A DNA stretch of 64,000 bases from an uncultured Candidatus Saccharibacteria bacterium (lineage in GTDB: Bacteria; Patescibacteriota; Doudnabacteria; UBA920; VMFF01). The notes under the pieces are model-generated. The model saw nothing but the letters and a program-made list of their open reading frames with translations. It did not search any database and had not been told where the DNA came from. The first letter of the stretch is position 1; the number at the start of each line of letters is the position of its first letter. Positions 49,679-60,749 of the stretch are shown here, piece by piece. The stretch lies in contig CAYIKZ010000003.1 in the NCBI GenBank assembly GCA_964364285.1, positions 2,491 through 66,490 on the forward strand, written 5' to 3'. Position numbers and translations under genes: made by a program.

Positions 49679-50305
49679 TTATCTTCGTTTTTTCTTTAGG
49701 GCTTTCTTTAATTTAACAGGTTTCTTAACAGCCCCTCTTACTTCGTCATGTAGCTTAGATGCAAGTGGACTTTTTTGTCCCGCGTACTTATTGTTCTTCT
49801 TGTTTGCATACGGAACATCAACTTTGCTTGTAAGCTCTTCGAATGTAAAAGCACAAATTCTCATTCCCGGATACAAAGCAATTGGCATTGTTCCTAGGTT
49901 ACCTAGTTCCATTGTTGGCTTTCCGTTCCATCCTGCGTCAAAAATCGAGGCTGTACCGTGAACAATGATACCAAGGCGACCAAGAGAGCTTCTTCCTTCA
50001 ATGCGACCTAATAGGTCATGAGGGAGCTCTAGGTTCTCAACCGTTGTTACTAGAGCAAAGTCGCCAGGTTGCATTATAAATGCCTCGCTTTTCTTAACAA
50101 CAATCTCTTCCATTATTTCCTTAATGTCTACAGGACCTTTTAGGTCAATATATGGGTAGCTTGTTTTTTTGAAGACTCTGAATCTGTTTCCTAAATGTAA
50201 GTCTATGGAGCAAGAACCGAGCTGAACTTCAAAGTCTGGTGCCGGCGTTATCTTTATTCTTCCAGAGTTAATTGCCTTTTTAATATCTCTGTCAGAGAGA
50301 ATCAT
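49679..50305 (-). CDS. dcd: dCTP deaminase
   Basis: MILSDRDI, SIDL, GRSSLGRLG, DAGW.G..TMEL, KYAGQ. Confidence 0.95.
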   Translation of the reverse strand: MILSDRDIKKAINSGRIKITPAPDFEVQLGSCSIDLHLGNRFRVFKKTSYPYIDLKGPVDIKEIMEEIVVKKSEAFIMQPGDFALVTTVENLELPHDLLGRIEGRSSLGRLGIIVHGTASIFDAGWNGKPTMELGNLGTMPIALYPGMRICAFTFEELTSKVDVPYANKKNNKYAGQKSPLASKLHDEVRGAVKKPVKLKKALKKKRR

Positions 50306-50309
50306 ATGT

Positions 50310-50993
50310 TTATATCTTTACTTTAATACCAGGTCCCATTGATGCGTTAACAACAATGTTTGTAATAAATACTTTCTTAACAGTACTTGGCTTAGAAGCA
50401 TTCAATGCATCAATGAAAGTTTTTAAGTTAGTAACAAGTTTCTCTGAATCAAAGTCAGTCTTTCCGATTATCTGATGAACATTTCCTGAATCATCGTTTT
50501 TGAAGTCAATCTTTCCTGCATTGATTTCTTTAATGATCCCTGCAATGTTTTCTGTAACTGTTCCTGTCTTTGGGTTAGGCATTAAACCACGTTGACCCAA
50601 GATCTTTGCAATGGGGGCCATTAATTTCATCATAGCTGGTTCTGCAACTGCCATATCAAAGTCTGTTTTTTCTGTTTCCTTTATTTTCTTGATTAAATCA
50701 GCACCACCAACCAAGATTGCGCCTGCTTCTTTTGCTTCTTTTTCTTTAGTTTCAGTTACAAAAGCAGCAACACGCTTTGTTTTACCAGTACCAAATGGAA
50801 GAGAAATTGAACCTCTAACACCCTGATCTGTTTTCTTAGGATCAATACCAAGTCTTACGTGTACCTCAACAGTACCTTTAAACTTTGTGTTTGCTGTTTG
50901 CTTTACTAGTTCAATAGCTTCAGTAGCAGAATACACTTTTGTGCGGTCTACCTTTAATATATTCGCCTTTTGGCGTTTAGAAATACTTGTCAT
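50310..50993 (-). CDS. rplA: 50S ribosomal protein L1
   Basis: LGIDP, LP.GTGK, LGQRGLMPNPKTGTV, MGPG. Confidence 0.97.
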   Translation of the reverse strand: MTSISKRQKANILKVDRTKVYSATEAIELVKQTANTKFKGTVEVHVRLGIDPKKTDQGVRGSISLPFGTGKTKRVAAFVTETKEKEAKEAGAILVGGADLIKKIKETEKTDFDMAVAEPAMMKLMAPIAKILGQRGLMPNPKTGTVTENIAGIIKEINAGKIDFKNDDSGNVHQIIGKTDFDSEKLVTNLKTFIDALNASKPSTVKKVFITNIVVNASMGPGIKVKI

Positions 50994-51011
50994 ACTCGTC
51001 CTTTCGACTTA

Positions 51012-51040
51012 GTGGTTTACGCGAAATGTTTCGCTCCCAC
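51012..51040 (-). promoter_or_regulatory. L1-binding autoregulatory leader element
   Basis: GTGGGAG-CGAAACATTTCG-CGTAAACCAC on minus strand just upstream of rplA. Confidence 0.7.
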
Positions 51041-51056
51041 GAATTAATTAATCTAT

Positions 51057-51407
51057 TTAAGTTTCTTTTCTAGCTAGTTTCCAGTGATAGTAGAAGACTG
51101 GGACACCAACTATGATCATTGCTAGAGATTGTGCGATGTCTCTCTTTCTTTGTTGTTGCTGGTTCTTTTTTTCTGCTTCTTGCTGCTTTGCCTGATAGTT
51201 AGAGTCACACTCGGTTGGTTTAACCGCAGCACCTCTTTCAGCAGGTATTGCTTCACAATTTGTAGCCATCATTGGGTATGCATAGTATTCTTCTGCGTTA
51301 AGCAAAATCTTTAAACCCATGTTAAGCAAGGTTATTGCTCCAACCATGATTATGATTAAGGAAACCAGAGATACAACGTAGAGATATGCTTTTTTTATCC
51401 AAGTCAT
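51057..51407 (-). CDS. Two-TM membrane protein (DUF5671-like)
   Basis: YLYVVSLVSL...LAMIIVGVPVFYYHW. Confidence 0.75.
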   Translation of the reverse strand: MTWIKKAYLYVVSLVSLIIIMVGAITLLNMGLKILLNAEEYYAYPMMATNCEAIPAERGAAVKPTECDSNYQAKQQEAEKKNQQQQRKRDIAQSLAMIIVGVPVFYYHWKLARKET

Positions 51408-51438
51408 ATATTTTTTGTTTAATTGTTTAATTAAAACT

Positions 51439-51864
51439 TTAATCTATAACTTCAACACCCATAGAGCGAGCTGTACCTGCAACAATCTTTTCTGCTGCCT
51501 CTAAATCATTTGCATTTAGGTCAGGCATTTTCTTTTCCGCTATTTCTCTTACCTGAGCTCTTGTGATCTTACCAACTTTGTTTTTCAAAGGATTTGCAGA
51601 CCCTTTCTCTAGTCCTATTGCTTTTCTAATCAAGACAGAAGCAGGAGGAGTTTTTAAAATGAAAGTAAAAGAACGATCTTCATAAATGGTAACTTCAGCT
51701 GGAATGATTAAGTCTCCCATTGGAGCTGTTTTCTCATTAAACTGCTTGGTAAACTCACCGATATTAATACCGTGGGGACCAAGTGCAGTACCAACTGGTG
51801 GTGCTGGGGTTGCTTTTCCAGCTACAAGTTGGAGTTTTACCATTGTCTTTATCTTCTTTGCCAT
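51439..51864 (-). CDS. rplK: 50S ribosomal protein L11
   Basis: [28 protein letters not shown]; start MAKK. Confidence 0.97.
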   Translation of the reverse strand: MAKKIKTMVKLQLVAGKATPAPPVGTALGPHGINIGEFTKQFNEKTAPMGDLIIPAEVTIYEDRSFTFILKTPPASVLIRKAIGLEKGSANPLKNKVGKITRAQVREIAEKKMPDLNANDLEAAEKIVAGTARSMGVEVID

Positions 51865-51953
51865 TCTTCTTTGTGGTAACAGTTTTTTAAGCTGCGAGAC
51901 GGTTATTTCGCCAACCACCCTTTCTTTGCCAGAAACCTGGCTTAATTAGTATA

Positions 51954-52499
51954 TTATATCTTCTTTACCTGAAGGAAATCCAGTTCAACAGGAGTTTCTC
52001 TACCGAAGATTGAAACCAAGACTTTAACTTTACCCTTAGCTTCATCTACTTCAGCAACCTTGCCTTCGTAGTCCTTGAATGGACCATCCATCATTCTAAC
52101 TAAATCACCAACAACAAAATCAACCTTAAACTTTGGTTCTTCAACACCCATACGTTTCTGCAAGGACTTAATCTCATCATCTGAAATCGGTGTTGGAATT
52201 GTTCCACTTCCTACGAATCCTGTTACGTTAGGTGTATTTCTAACAACATACCAAGAATCATCTGTAACAATCATTTCAACAAGAACATAACCTGGGAAAA
52301 TCTTTTCCTCAACAGTTGTTCTTCTTCCATCCTTAATCTTTATCTTCTTTTCTTTTGGAACTATTACGTCAAAAATCTTGTCTTCCATTCCCATTGATTC
52401 AATACGTTGTTTCAAATTGAAAGCAACGCTATCTTCATAACCGGAATATGTATGTAAAACGTACCAATGTTTTTCGCCTGTAACTTGTTGTCGTGACAT
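51954..52499 (-). CDS. nusG: Transcription factor NusG
   Basis: WYVLHTYSGYE, FPGYVLV, KOW GPF..G, IFGRETPVEL. Confidence 0.97.
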   Translation of the reverse strand: MSRQQVTGEKHWYVLHTYSGYEDSVAFNLKQRIESMGMEDKIFDVIVPKEKKIKIKDGRRTTVEEKIFPGYVLVEMIVTDDSWYVVRNTPNVTGFVGSGTIPTPISDDEIKSLQKRMGVEEPKFKVDFVVGDLVRMMDGPFKDYEGKVAEVDEAKGKVKVLVSIFGRETPVELDFLQVKKI

Positions 52500-52503
52500 A
52501 TCT

Positions 52504-53049
52504 CTAAAACAAAACTATTAATGCTAGAACTATTATTAAAATTTCAATGAAACCACTCAAACCCCTATACTCATCAACTGCTACCCAAAACCAATATTTC
52601 CAGAAGCTTTCACTTTGTCTGTGTTTAAACTGATATCTTCTCTTGTAGAAAGACTCAGAAAAAGGAAAGAATCTTTTAGCTGCTGGCCAAAGCCACATAA
52701 TCCCCCACTCTGAATCAAGAATTAGGTGGGACCATGCGCTTAACCAAACAACTAAGCCAATAACTTTTCCAAAATCAGTACTTGCAACAAAAAAGATTAT
52801 TAATCCAATAACCAGCCAAAAAATTGGCGTGTGAGTGAACAACTTTCTATGATTTACTGCCTCGCTATCTATCCTTAATCTCTTTATCTTTGCAAAAGCA
52901 AAGAAAAAATCTAGATCAGGTATAAATGCGATGATTGCACCGATTAATGATATTTCATTTACCTGGGTTGCAGTTAAATTGTAATGTAAGGAGCTGGTCA
53001 GGATTTTTGCAGTTAAATACCCTGCTGCAATGTGTCCTGGAGGTAACAT
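52504..53049 (-). CDS. Membrane metal-dependent hydrolase (YdjM-like)
   Basis: GH, PDLD, HRKLFTHT, SHLILD. Confidence 0.8.
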   Translation of the reverse strand: MLPPGHIAAGYLTAKILTSSLHYNLTATQVNEISLIGAIIAFIPDLDFFFAFAKIKRLRIDSEAVNHRKLFTHTPIFWLVIGLIIFFVASTDFGKVIGLVVWLSAWSHLILDSEWGIMWLWPAAKRFFPFSESFYKRRYQFKHRQSESFWKYWFWVAVDEYRGLSGFIEILIIVLALIVLF

Positions 53050-53054
53050 ACGAG

Positions 53055-53240
53055 CTATCTCTCAATGAGCTTTTCCAAGCCTTTAATCAAACCATAGTCA
53101 GCTGTAGCCAAAACCACTGCTACTAAAACTGAGAATAGAATGACAACGCCTGTATATCTAAGGGTTTGCTGTTTGGTTGGCCAAACAACTTTGCTTAGTT
53201 CGCTCTTAACCTCTGAGAAAAATTGTATTACTTTCATCAT
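53055..53240 (-). CDS. secE: Preprotein translocase SecE
   Basis: EVKSELSKVVWPT plus one TM. Confidence 0.93.
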   Translation of the reverse strand: MMKVIQFFSEVKSELSKVVWPTKQQTLRYTGVVILFSVLVAVVLATADYGLIKGLEKLIER

Positions 53241-53287
53241 ATTTTTTGAGCTTTTTTAAAAGGCCTTCGGGCCTTTTGATATATCGA

Positions 53288-53316
53288 TTATATCATAAAG
53301 GTCTTGAATTATGCAA
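53288..53316 (-). promoter_or_regulatory. secE-nusG promoter
   Basis: TTGCAT-17-TATAAT with TGn. Confidence 0.65.
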
Positions 53317-53331
53317 ATCAAGGCCAGAACA

Positions 53332-55386
<2,055 letters not shown>

Positions 55387-55389
55387 TTA

Positions 55390-57777
55390 CTACCGTATTT
55401 CAGCTCCTAATTTAGTCTTTAACTCTACCTTTATTTTATCATAAATTGGCATAATTTCCGAGTCCTTTAAAGTCCTGTCTTTTGCCTGAAAAACAAGGTG
55501 GAAAGCAAGGTTTTTAACCCCCTTTAAACCTAGCTCTTTGTGGAACCTAGGTAATGATCCTTTGGCATACAAATATCCAGCCTCAAAAACCTCAACAGAC
55601 TTTAACAAATCACTACCATTTTTCCACACCAAGTTTTCAATCTCTGCCCACTTAACACTTTCTTTAACAACTAAGGAAATATCTAACACTTTGGAAGGTA
55701 GCTTGCTGTAAGGAATCATTTTCTTTTGAGTCTTAGAAGCAAGCAAAGGATGCAAATCCAAGGTTACATAGACTAAATCCCCCGTAACATCAAAGTTATT
55801 CAACACAAGTCTATTCACCAACCCAAAGTTACCAAGCTCTTTACCAAGCAAACTAATTAAAGATTGTTCTGTGTTCTCTTGTTTGTATTCTACTTTGTGA
55901 TTTGTATATTCAGAAACTACTGCTTCCAAAACTCCTTTTACTTCAGAAAGCAATCCTTGAGCGGTTTTTTCTTTGTTAAAGATTACAAAAGTAACTAAAT
56001 CTCTTTCGTCTCCAAAAGCATGGTATGCTTTACCGATTTCAAAAAGTTTGAAAGCATCAAAGTTTTTACTATTCAAAGAAACATTCTTTAACAAATGAAC
56101 CAAAAGGTTTCGTTTGAGATATCCTTGATCCCCGCTTAGAGGATTTTTAATCTTTAAATGATCTGTCACTTTAGATTTTCCAAAGCCTGAGATGTCTTTT
56201 TCTGAAATGAAAGAATAGTTCTGCGCTTCAATAAAACCAAGATCAGACATTTTCTCTTTGAAACCATTAAATGCCTTATCTGCATCAATCTGACTTGTTA
56301 ATTTCTGCACACTCAAAGATTTTTTTGACAGCTCATTAAATCCAACTGTCTTTAATATTTCATCAGCAATATCCGCATAGTTAACCATGTCCTGTCTGTA
56401 CCAAGGTATTTCTTTGTCTAAGTTTAATCTTGTTAAAACCTTTTGGATTTCTCCATCACTAAATTCAGAACCTAATAATCCGTTAATTTGTTCTACTTCA
56501 AACTTTATCTTTCTATTCTCTCTTTCAACGTCCCCCACTTCAGCATATGACAAAACTTCAGCCCCGGCATGTTCTTTTAACAAATCAATTGCTCTGGCAA
56601 CAGCAATCTTTGCCTGGTATGGATGTAATCCCTTTTCCCAGAATCCAGAGCTGTCACTTCTCAAACCAAGTTTTTTAGAAGTCTTTCTAATCTGACTTGG
56701 TTCAAAGTTTGCAGCTTCAAGTATAATCTCGGTTGTATTTTCATTAACCTCTGAATCAAAACCACCCATAACCCCAGCTATTGCCAATGCCTTTTCTTTG
56801 TCAGCAATTACTAACATTGAATCATCCAAAGCACGCTCTCTGTGATCAATGGTTGTTAATACTTCACCGTTTTTTGCGTTTCTAACAACAATACCGCCTG
56901 AAACCTTGCTTGCATCAAAAGCATGCATTGGTTCACCCATTTCATACATAACATAGTTTGTAATATCCACCACGTTATTTATGGACCTTAATCCCAAACC
57001 GTGCAATCTTTTCTTTAATGCAATAGGAGAAGCCCCGACTTTAACTTTTAACTTTGCTCCAATGTATACAGGACAAGCCTTTTTTTCTTTGATGCTTATA
57101 TCTAATTTTGAAACACCTTTGTGATTAAAAGACAGTTCTTGTATTTCTTTAATCCAATTCTTTGTCTTTATGCCCAATATTCCTGAAATTTCTCTAGCAA
57201 TCCCTAAATGAGAATACAAATCAGGTCTGTTAGCTGGTAAAGAAACGTCAAACACAGCACCGGCTTCTTTTGCTTGCGCTTTCAAATGTTTTGCTAAATC
57301 CTCTCCCAACCTTATTCCTTTTTCTAGTATTAAAATCTCTGGTTTTTCTTCAGGCCTTTCACTTAAACCAAGCTCAAAAGAAGAACAAATCATTCCCTGT
57401 GATTCAACACCTCGAATTACTGCTTTTTCTAGAGTAAAGGACTCGTGTTCTTCTGAATGAATGTTCTGGGGTATAACTGCGCCAGTAAGTGCTAGTGCGA
57501 TTAAATCCCCCACCTCAAAGTTATTAGCTCCGCAAACTACAGGTTCAATAACCTTGTTACCAACATCTAATTTAACAACCCGTAAACGATCTGCATTTGG
57601 GTGCTTTTCATAATGTAATACCTTTGCAACAATGACATTAGAAAAACCGTAATTCTGTTCTCCTCCCAAAACCTTTTCAACTTCAAAACAATGCTCAGAG
57701 ATTTGCTGAGCCAATTGCTGTGGATTCTGTTTTTGTATTTCTAGGAAATCTTCTAGCCAGTTTAAGGAAATCTTCAT
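55390..57777 (-). CDS. pheT: Phenylalanine--tRNA ligase beta subunit
   Basis: KHPNADRL, CGA.N, NRPD, NNVVDITNY, NPLS, DRTL. Confidence 0.95.
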   Translation of the reverse strand: MKISLNWLEDFLEIQKQNPQQLAQQISEHCFEVEKVLGGEQNYGFSNVIVAKVLHYEKHPNADRLRVVKLDVGNKVIEPVVCGANNFEVGDLIALALTGAVIPQNIHSEEHESFTLEKAVIRGVESQGMICSSFELGLSERPEEKPEILILEKGIRLGEDLAKHLKAQAKEAGAVFDVSLPANRPDLYSHLGIAREISGILGIKTKNWIKEIQELSFNHKGVSKLDISIKEKKACPVYIGAKLKVKVGASPIALKKRLHGLGLRSINNVVDITNYVMYEMGEPMHAFDASKVSGGIVVRNAKNGEVLTTIDHRERALDDSMLVIADKEKALAIAGVMGGFDSEVNENTTEIILEAANFEPSQIRKTSKKLGLRSDSSGFWEKGLHPYQAKIAVARAIDLLKEHAGAEVLSYAEVGDVERENRKIKFEVEQINGLLGSEFSDGEIQKVLTRLNLDKEIPWYRQDMVNYADIADEILKTVGFNELSKKSLSVQKLTSQIDADKAFNGFKEKMSDLGFIEAQNYSFISEKDISGFGKSKVTDHLKIKNPLSGDQGYLKRNLLVHLLKNVSLNSKNFDAFKLFEIGKAYHAFGDERDLVTFVIFNKEKTAQGLLSEVKGVLEAVVSEYTNHKVEYKQENTEQSLISLLGKELGNFGLVNRLVLNNFDVTGDLVYVTLDLHPLLASKTQKKMIPYSKLPSKVLDISLVVKESVKWAEIENLVWKNGSDLLKSVEVFEAGYLYAKGSLPRFHKELGLKGVKNLAFHLVFQAKDRTLKDSEIMPIYDKIKVELKTKLGAEIR

Positions 57778-57786
57778 AATTATTCT

Positions 57787-59292
57787 TTAGTAATATTCAC
57801 AGGAAGTTGCAGTACAAACATAACCCTTTTTACCAGCTGGTGGGTTTTCTAAAATTGTTTGAAGCGCAAAATCAGTTGAATCAGTTGATATTGAATACTC
57901 ATAGTCTTTTTTCGTTGATGGATCTGTTGGTATCACAGTGATGTAATCAGGAGCAATTGCTTTTTTCCAGTTTGCTTGAGATGGGAACAGGTGAACATCA
58001 GGAGAAGATGGACTAGTATTTTCATTAGCATATAGCTCTAAAGCGCTAGAGATTGAATCAAGGTCTGCTTTTCTTTGAGTATCTCTCTGGCTAATCATTT
58101 CCGCGTTGTTAGCAACTTGTGCTTCTTTTTCACTCATTGAAATTAACTGATTCTGTGTTTCTGAAAAATATGTAAGCTTGAAATCAACCCCTTTATTAAC
58201 AGAGGCGTATCCATAGACATACGGGATTACATTTGTTGGATCTGTTGTGTTTATGGCTTTAGCCGTTAACAACGGTTTAATGCTTTTTAACATGTCACCA
58301 AAAACATTTGTGTCAGGATACTTAGAGTTTGCTTGCTTGTATTTTAATAGCGCGAAAGAGAGTTGTTTGATTGTATCTGATCTCTGGGTATCACGATCAA
58401 GCGCGCCTGGTTTAAGACTGGGATTTTGGCTTGAAGAGCCAGGGGTCTGAGCGTAGTTTGTATAGAAGTCGACAACTATTTGACCAACTGTTGCAATTGT
58501 TGGGCTATGCAAACCATAGGTTACAATATTTTTTGCTATTGTTGTTAACTCTAAATCATTGAATGCTCTTTTTTGTTTTGCATTCCAATGTGCTTTAACT
58601 TCAGCAGCGTCTAGATATTTTGAATCGCCTGATGTATTTCCATTTGTAGGATCTAATGCAAACAAATGCACTTCATCACCATCAGCTATTCCATCAGCGT
58701 CGCTATCCCCGTTATTAGGATCTGTCTGGGATAAGTACTCATCAAGATTAATTAAACCATCATGATCTGGATCTGCAGCATCTCCACAATTATCTAGGTT
58801 AGTACAAACTGCTGCACCAAAATATTTTAATCTCCAACCATCAGGAATTTGAGTTGAAACAACTTCTTTTGGTGTTTGAACAACTGGGGTCTGAACTTGT
58901 GTGCTATCTGTTGTGTCCTTTGGTTTAAAAACAAGGAACAAAACAAGTGCGATGATTAACAACAAAGCAGCGCCTGATGCGTACATCAAAGGTTTAGTCA
59001 TATGAAAACTTCTTTTTTTTGGAATATCAGAAAGTAAGGTTGGGCTTGGTGCTTGTGCTGGCATTGGTTTTAGCTCAGCAGAGAAAGATCCTGGTACTGG
59101 AGGTTTTGGAGGTTCTGGCATAACAGGCTTTGGGGCTGGTATTGGCTGTGTTGGAACTGGAACTTCTTTTGCTAATGGAGTTGGTACAGACATTGGCTGA
59201 GAACCAGGTCTTGGCATTGTTTTGTAAATCAAATCATCCAGGCTTTGCCCTGGTTGTGGAGTTGGTGTTGTTGGTTGTTGTATTGGATCCAT
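57787..59292 (-). CDS. Pro-rich membrane protein with Ca-binding DxDxDG repeats and two pilin/GspG-like head domains
   Basis: TM at about aa 103-122; DPDHDG, DSDADG; RDTQR..I/L..L/I..AL..Y occurs twice. Confidence 0.7.
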   Translation of the reverse strand: MDPIQQPTTPTPQPGQSLDDLIYKTMPRPGSQPMSVPTPLAKEVPVPTQPIPAPKPVMPEPPKPPVPGSFSAELKPMPAQAPSPTLLSDIPKKRSFHMTKPLMYASGAALLLIIALVLFLVFKPKDTTDSTQVQTPVVQTPKEVVSTQIPDGWRLKYFGAAVCTNLDNCGDAADPDHDGLINLDEYLSQTDPNNGDSDADGIADGDEVHLFALDPTNGNTSGDSKYLDAAEVKAHWNAKQKRAFNDLELTTIAKNIVTYGLHSPTIATVGQIVVDFYTNYAQTPGSSSQNPSLKPGALDRDTQRSDTIKQLSFALLKYKQANSKYPDTNVFGDMLKSIKPLLTAKAINTTDPTNVIPYVYGYASVNKGVDFKLTYFSETQNQLISMSEKEAQVANNAEMISQRDTQRKADLDSISSALELYANENTSPSSPDVHLFPSQANWKKAIAPDYITVIPTDPSTKKDYEYSISTDSTDFALQTILENPPAGKKGYVCTATSCEYY

Positions 59293-59306
59293 ATTTTTGT
59301 TTTAAT

Positions 59307-60338
59307 TTAAAATTGTTTTAAAAATCTCAAATCATTCTCAGCAAACAAACGAATATCTGGAATGCCATATTTCATCATCGCAAGACGGCTTAAACCAAAA
59401 CCAAAAGCAAATCCTTGATACTCGCCTTGCTTGTATCCAGCATATTCAAAGACTTTCTGGTGAATCATTCCACAACCAAGTATTTCAACCCAGCCGGTTT
59501 GTTTACAGACAGAACAACCTTTTCCTTTACAGATCAAACAAGATATTGCCATTTCAGCACCTGGTTCAACGAAAGGAAAATATGAAGGGAGGAGTTTGGT
59601 TGTAACATCTTGTCCGAATATTTCTTTCATAACGTAATCAAGGGTCCAAGCCATATTTGCATATGTAATGTCTTTGCCAACTACAAAACCTTCCATGTAT
59701 TGATACGTATGTTCATGTGATGAATCAAGCGCTTCGTTTCTAAAAACCCTACCTGGTAAAACAACAGCATACGGCGGTTTATGCTCTTTCATATATCTAA
59801 CCTGCATATTGGAAATATGGGTCCTGAGTAAAACACTCTTTCCTGGTTGATTCTTTGGAAGACTCATATCAAGATAAAAAGTATCTTGCATGTCTCTTGC
59901 AGGGTGAAACTCAGGAATATTTAAAGCTTCAAAGTTGTAAAAATCAGAATCAATTTCCGGTCCCAACTCAATATCAAAACCAAGACCCCAGAAAATTTTC
60001 TCAATTTCTTTTTGAATCAAAGTAATTGGATGCAAGTGTCCGTTTAAAGCATTTTCTCCTTGAACTGAAAAATCAATAGAAGAGTTTTGAGAAACGCCAA
60101 ATTCTTTTTCTTTTTCAGAAACAGATGCTTCTGCAAACTTTTTAAGTTCATTTAAAGGTGCTCCAAATTCTTTTTTCTTTTGAAGATCCCAATTCTTTAA
60201 ATCATCAAAAAGTTTGGTAATAATCCCTTCTTTTCTACCAAGGTATTTAACCTTAGCTTTTAAAAGAGATTCAGCATCTGAAACAGTGCTTAAATCTTTT
60301 GATATTTCTTTTTGTATATTTTCAAATTGCTGTAACAT
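59307..60338 (-). CDS. pheS: Phenylalanine--tRNA ligase alpha subunit
   Basis: HPARDMQDTFY, LLRTH, YFPFVEP, GFAFGFG. Confidence 0.97.
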   Translation of the reverse strand: MLQQFENIQKEISKDLSTVSDAESLLKAKVKYLGRKEGIITKLFDDLKNWDLQKKKEFGAPLNELKKFAEASVSEKEKEFGVSQNSSIDFSVQGENALNGHLHPITLIQKEIEKIFWGLGFDIELGPEIDSDFYNFEALNIPEFHPARDMQDTFYLDMSLPKNQPGKSVLLRTHISNMQVRYMKEHKPPYAVVLPGRVFRNEALDSSHEHTYQYMEGFVVGKDITYANMAWTLDYVMKEIFGQDVTTKLLPSYFPFVEPGAEMAISCLICKGKGCSVCKQTGWVEILGCGMIHQKVFEYAGYKQGEYQGFAFGFGLSRLAMMKYGIPDIRLFAENDLRFLKQF

Positions 60339-60344
60339 TTGTTT

Positions 60345-60716
60345 CTAATTAGAAAGGAAGAATCCTTCAATAAAGACGAGGGTGATGATTAAAACTAAGC
60401 CTAACCACCAAAACAATAACTGATGTGAAGAAAGAACAAGGAATACAATAATCAAAAGAGTTAACAGAAAAGCTTGTCTTAAAGAAACATTCATTATCTC
60501 CGTATACAAGCGTTCTGGCTTTCTGCCTCTATATGAGTACAAAGCAAAGGTGAAAAAACTCATTAAGAAAGCCGAAAGAGAAACATAGAACAAGAATAGC
60601 AACGCCTTGTTAATAGTGTTAGGATCTGTAAGAAAAACTATGCACAAAGTGCCAATTAAAAAAATTGCACTTAAAATCAACAAGGATTGAGATTGTTTTT
60701 TTGTGTTTTCGAACAT
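60345..60716 (-). CDS. Four-TM hypothetical membrane protein
   Basis: Hydrophobic helices; SLRQAFL motif. Confidence 0.75.
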   Translation of the reverse strand: MFENTKKQSQSLLILSAIFLIGTLCIVFLTDPNTINKALLFLFYVSLSAFLMSFFTFALYSYRGRKPERLYTEIMNVSLRQAFLLTLLIIVFLVLSSHQLLFWWLGLVLIITLVFIEGFFLSN

Positions 60717-60749
60717 TTAACCTTCCCAAATTATACCATAATTCCCCTG

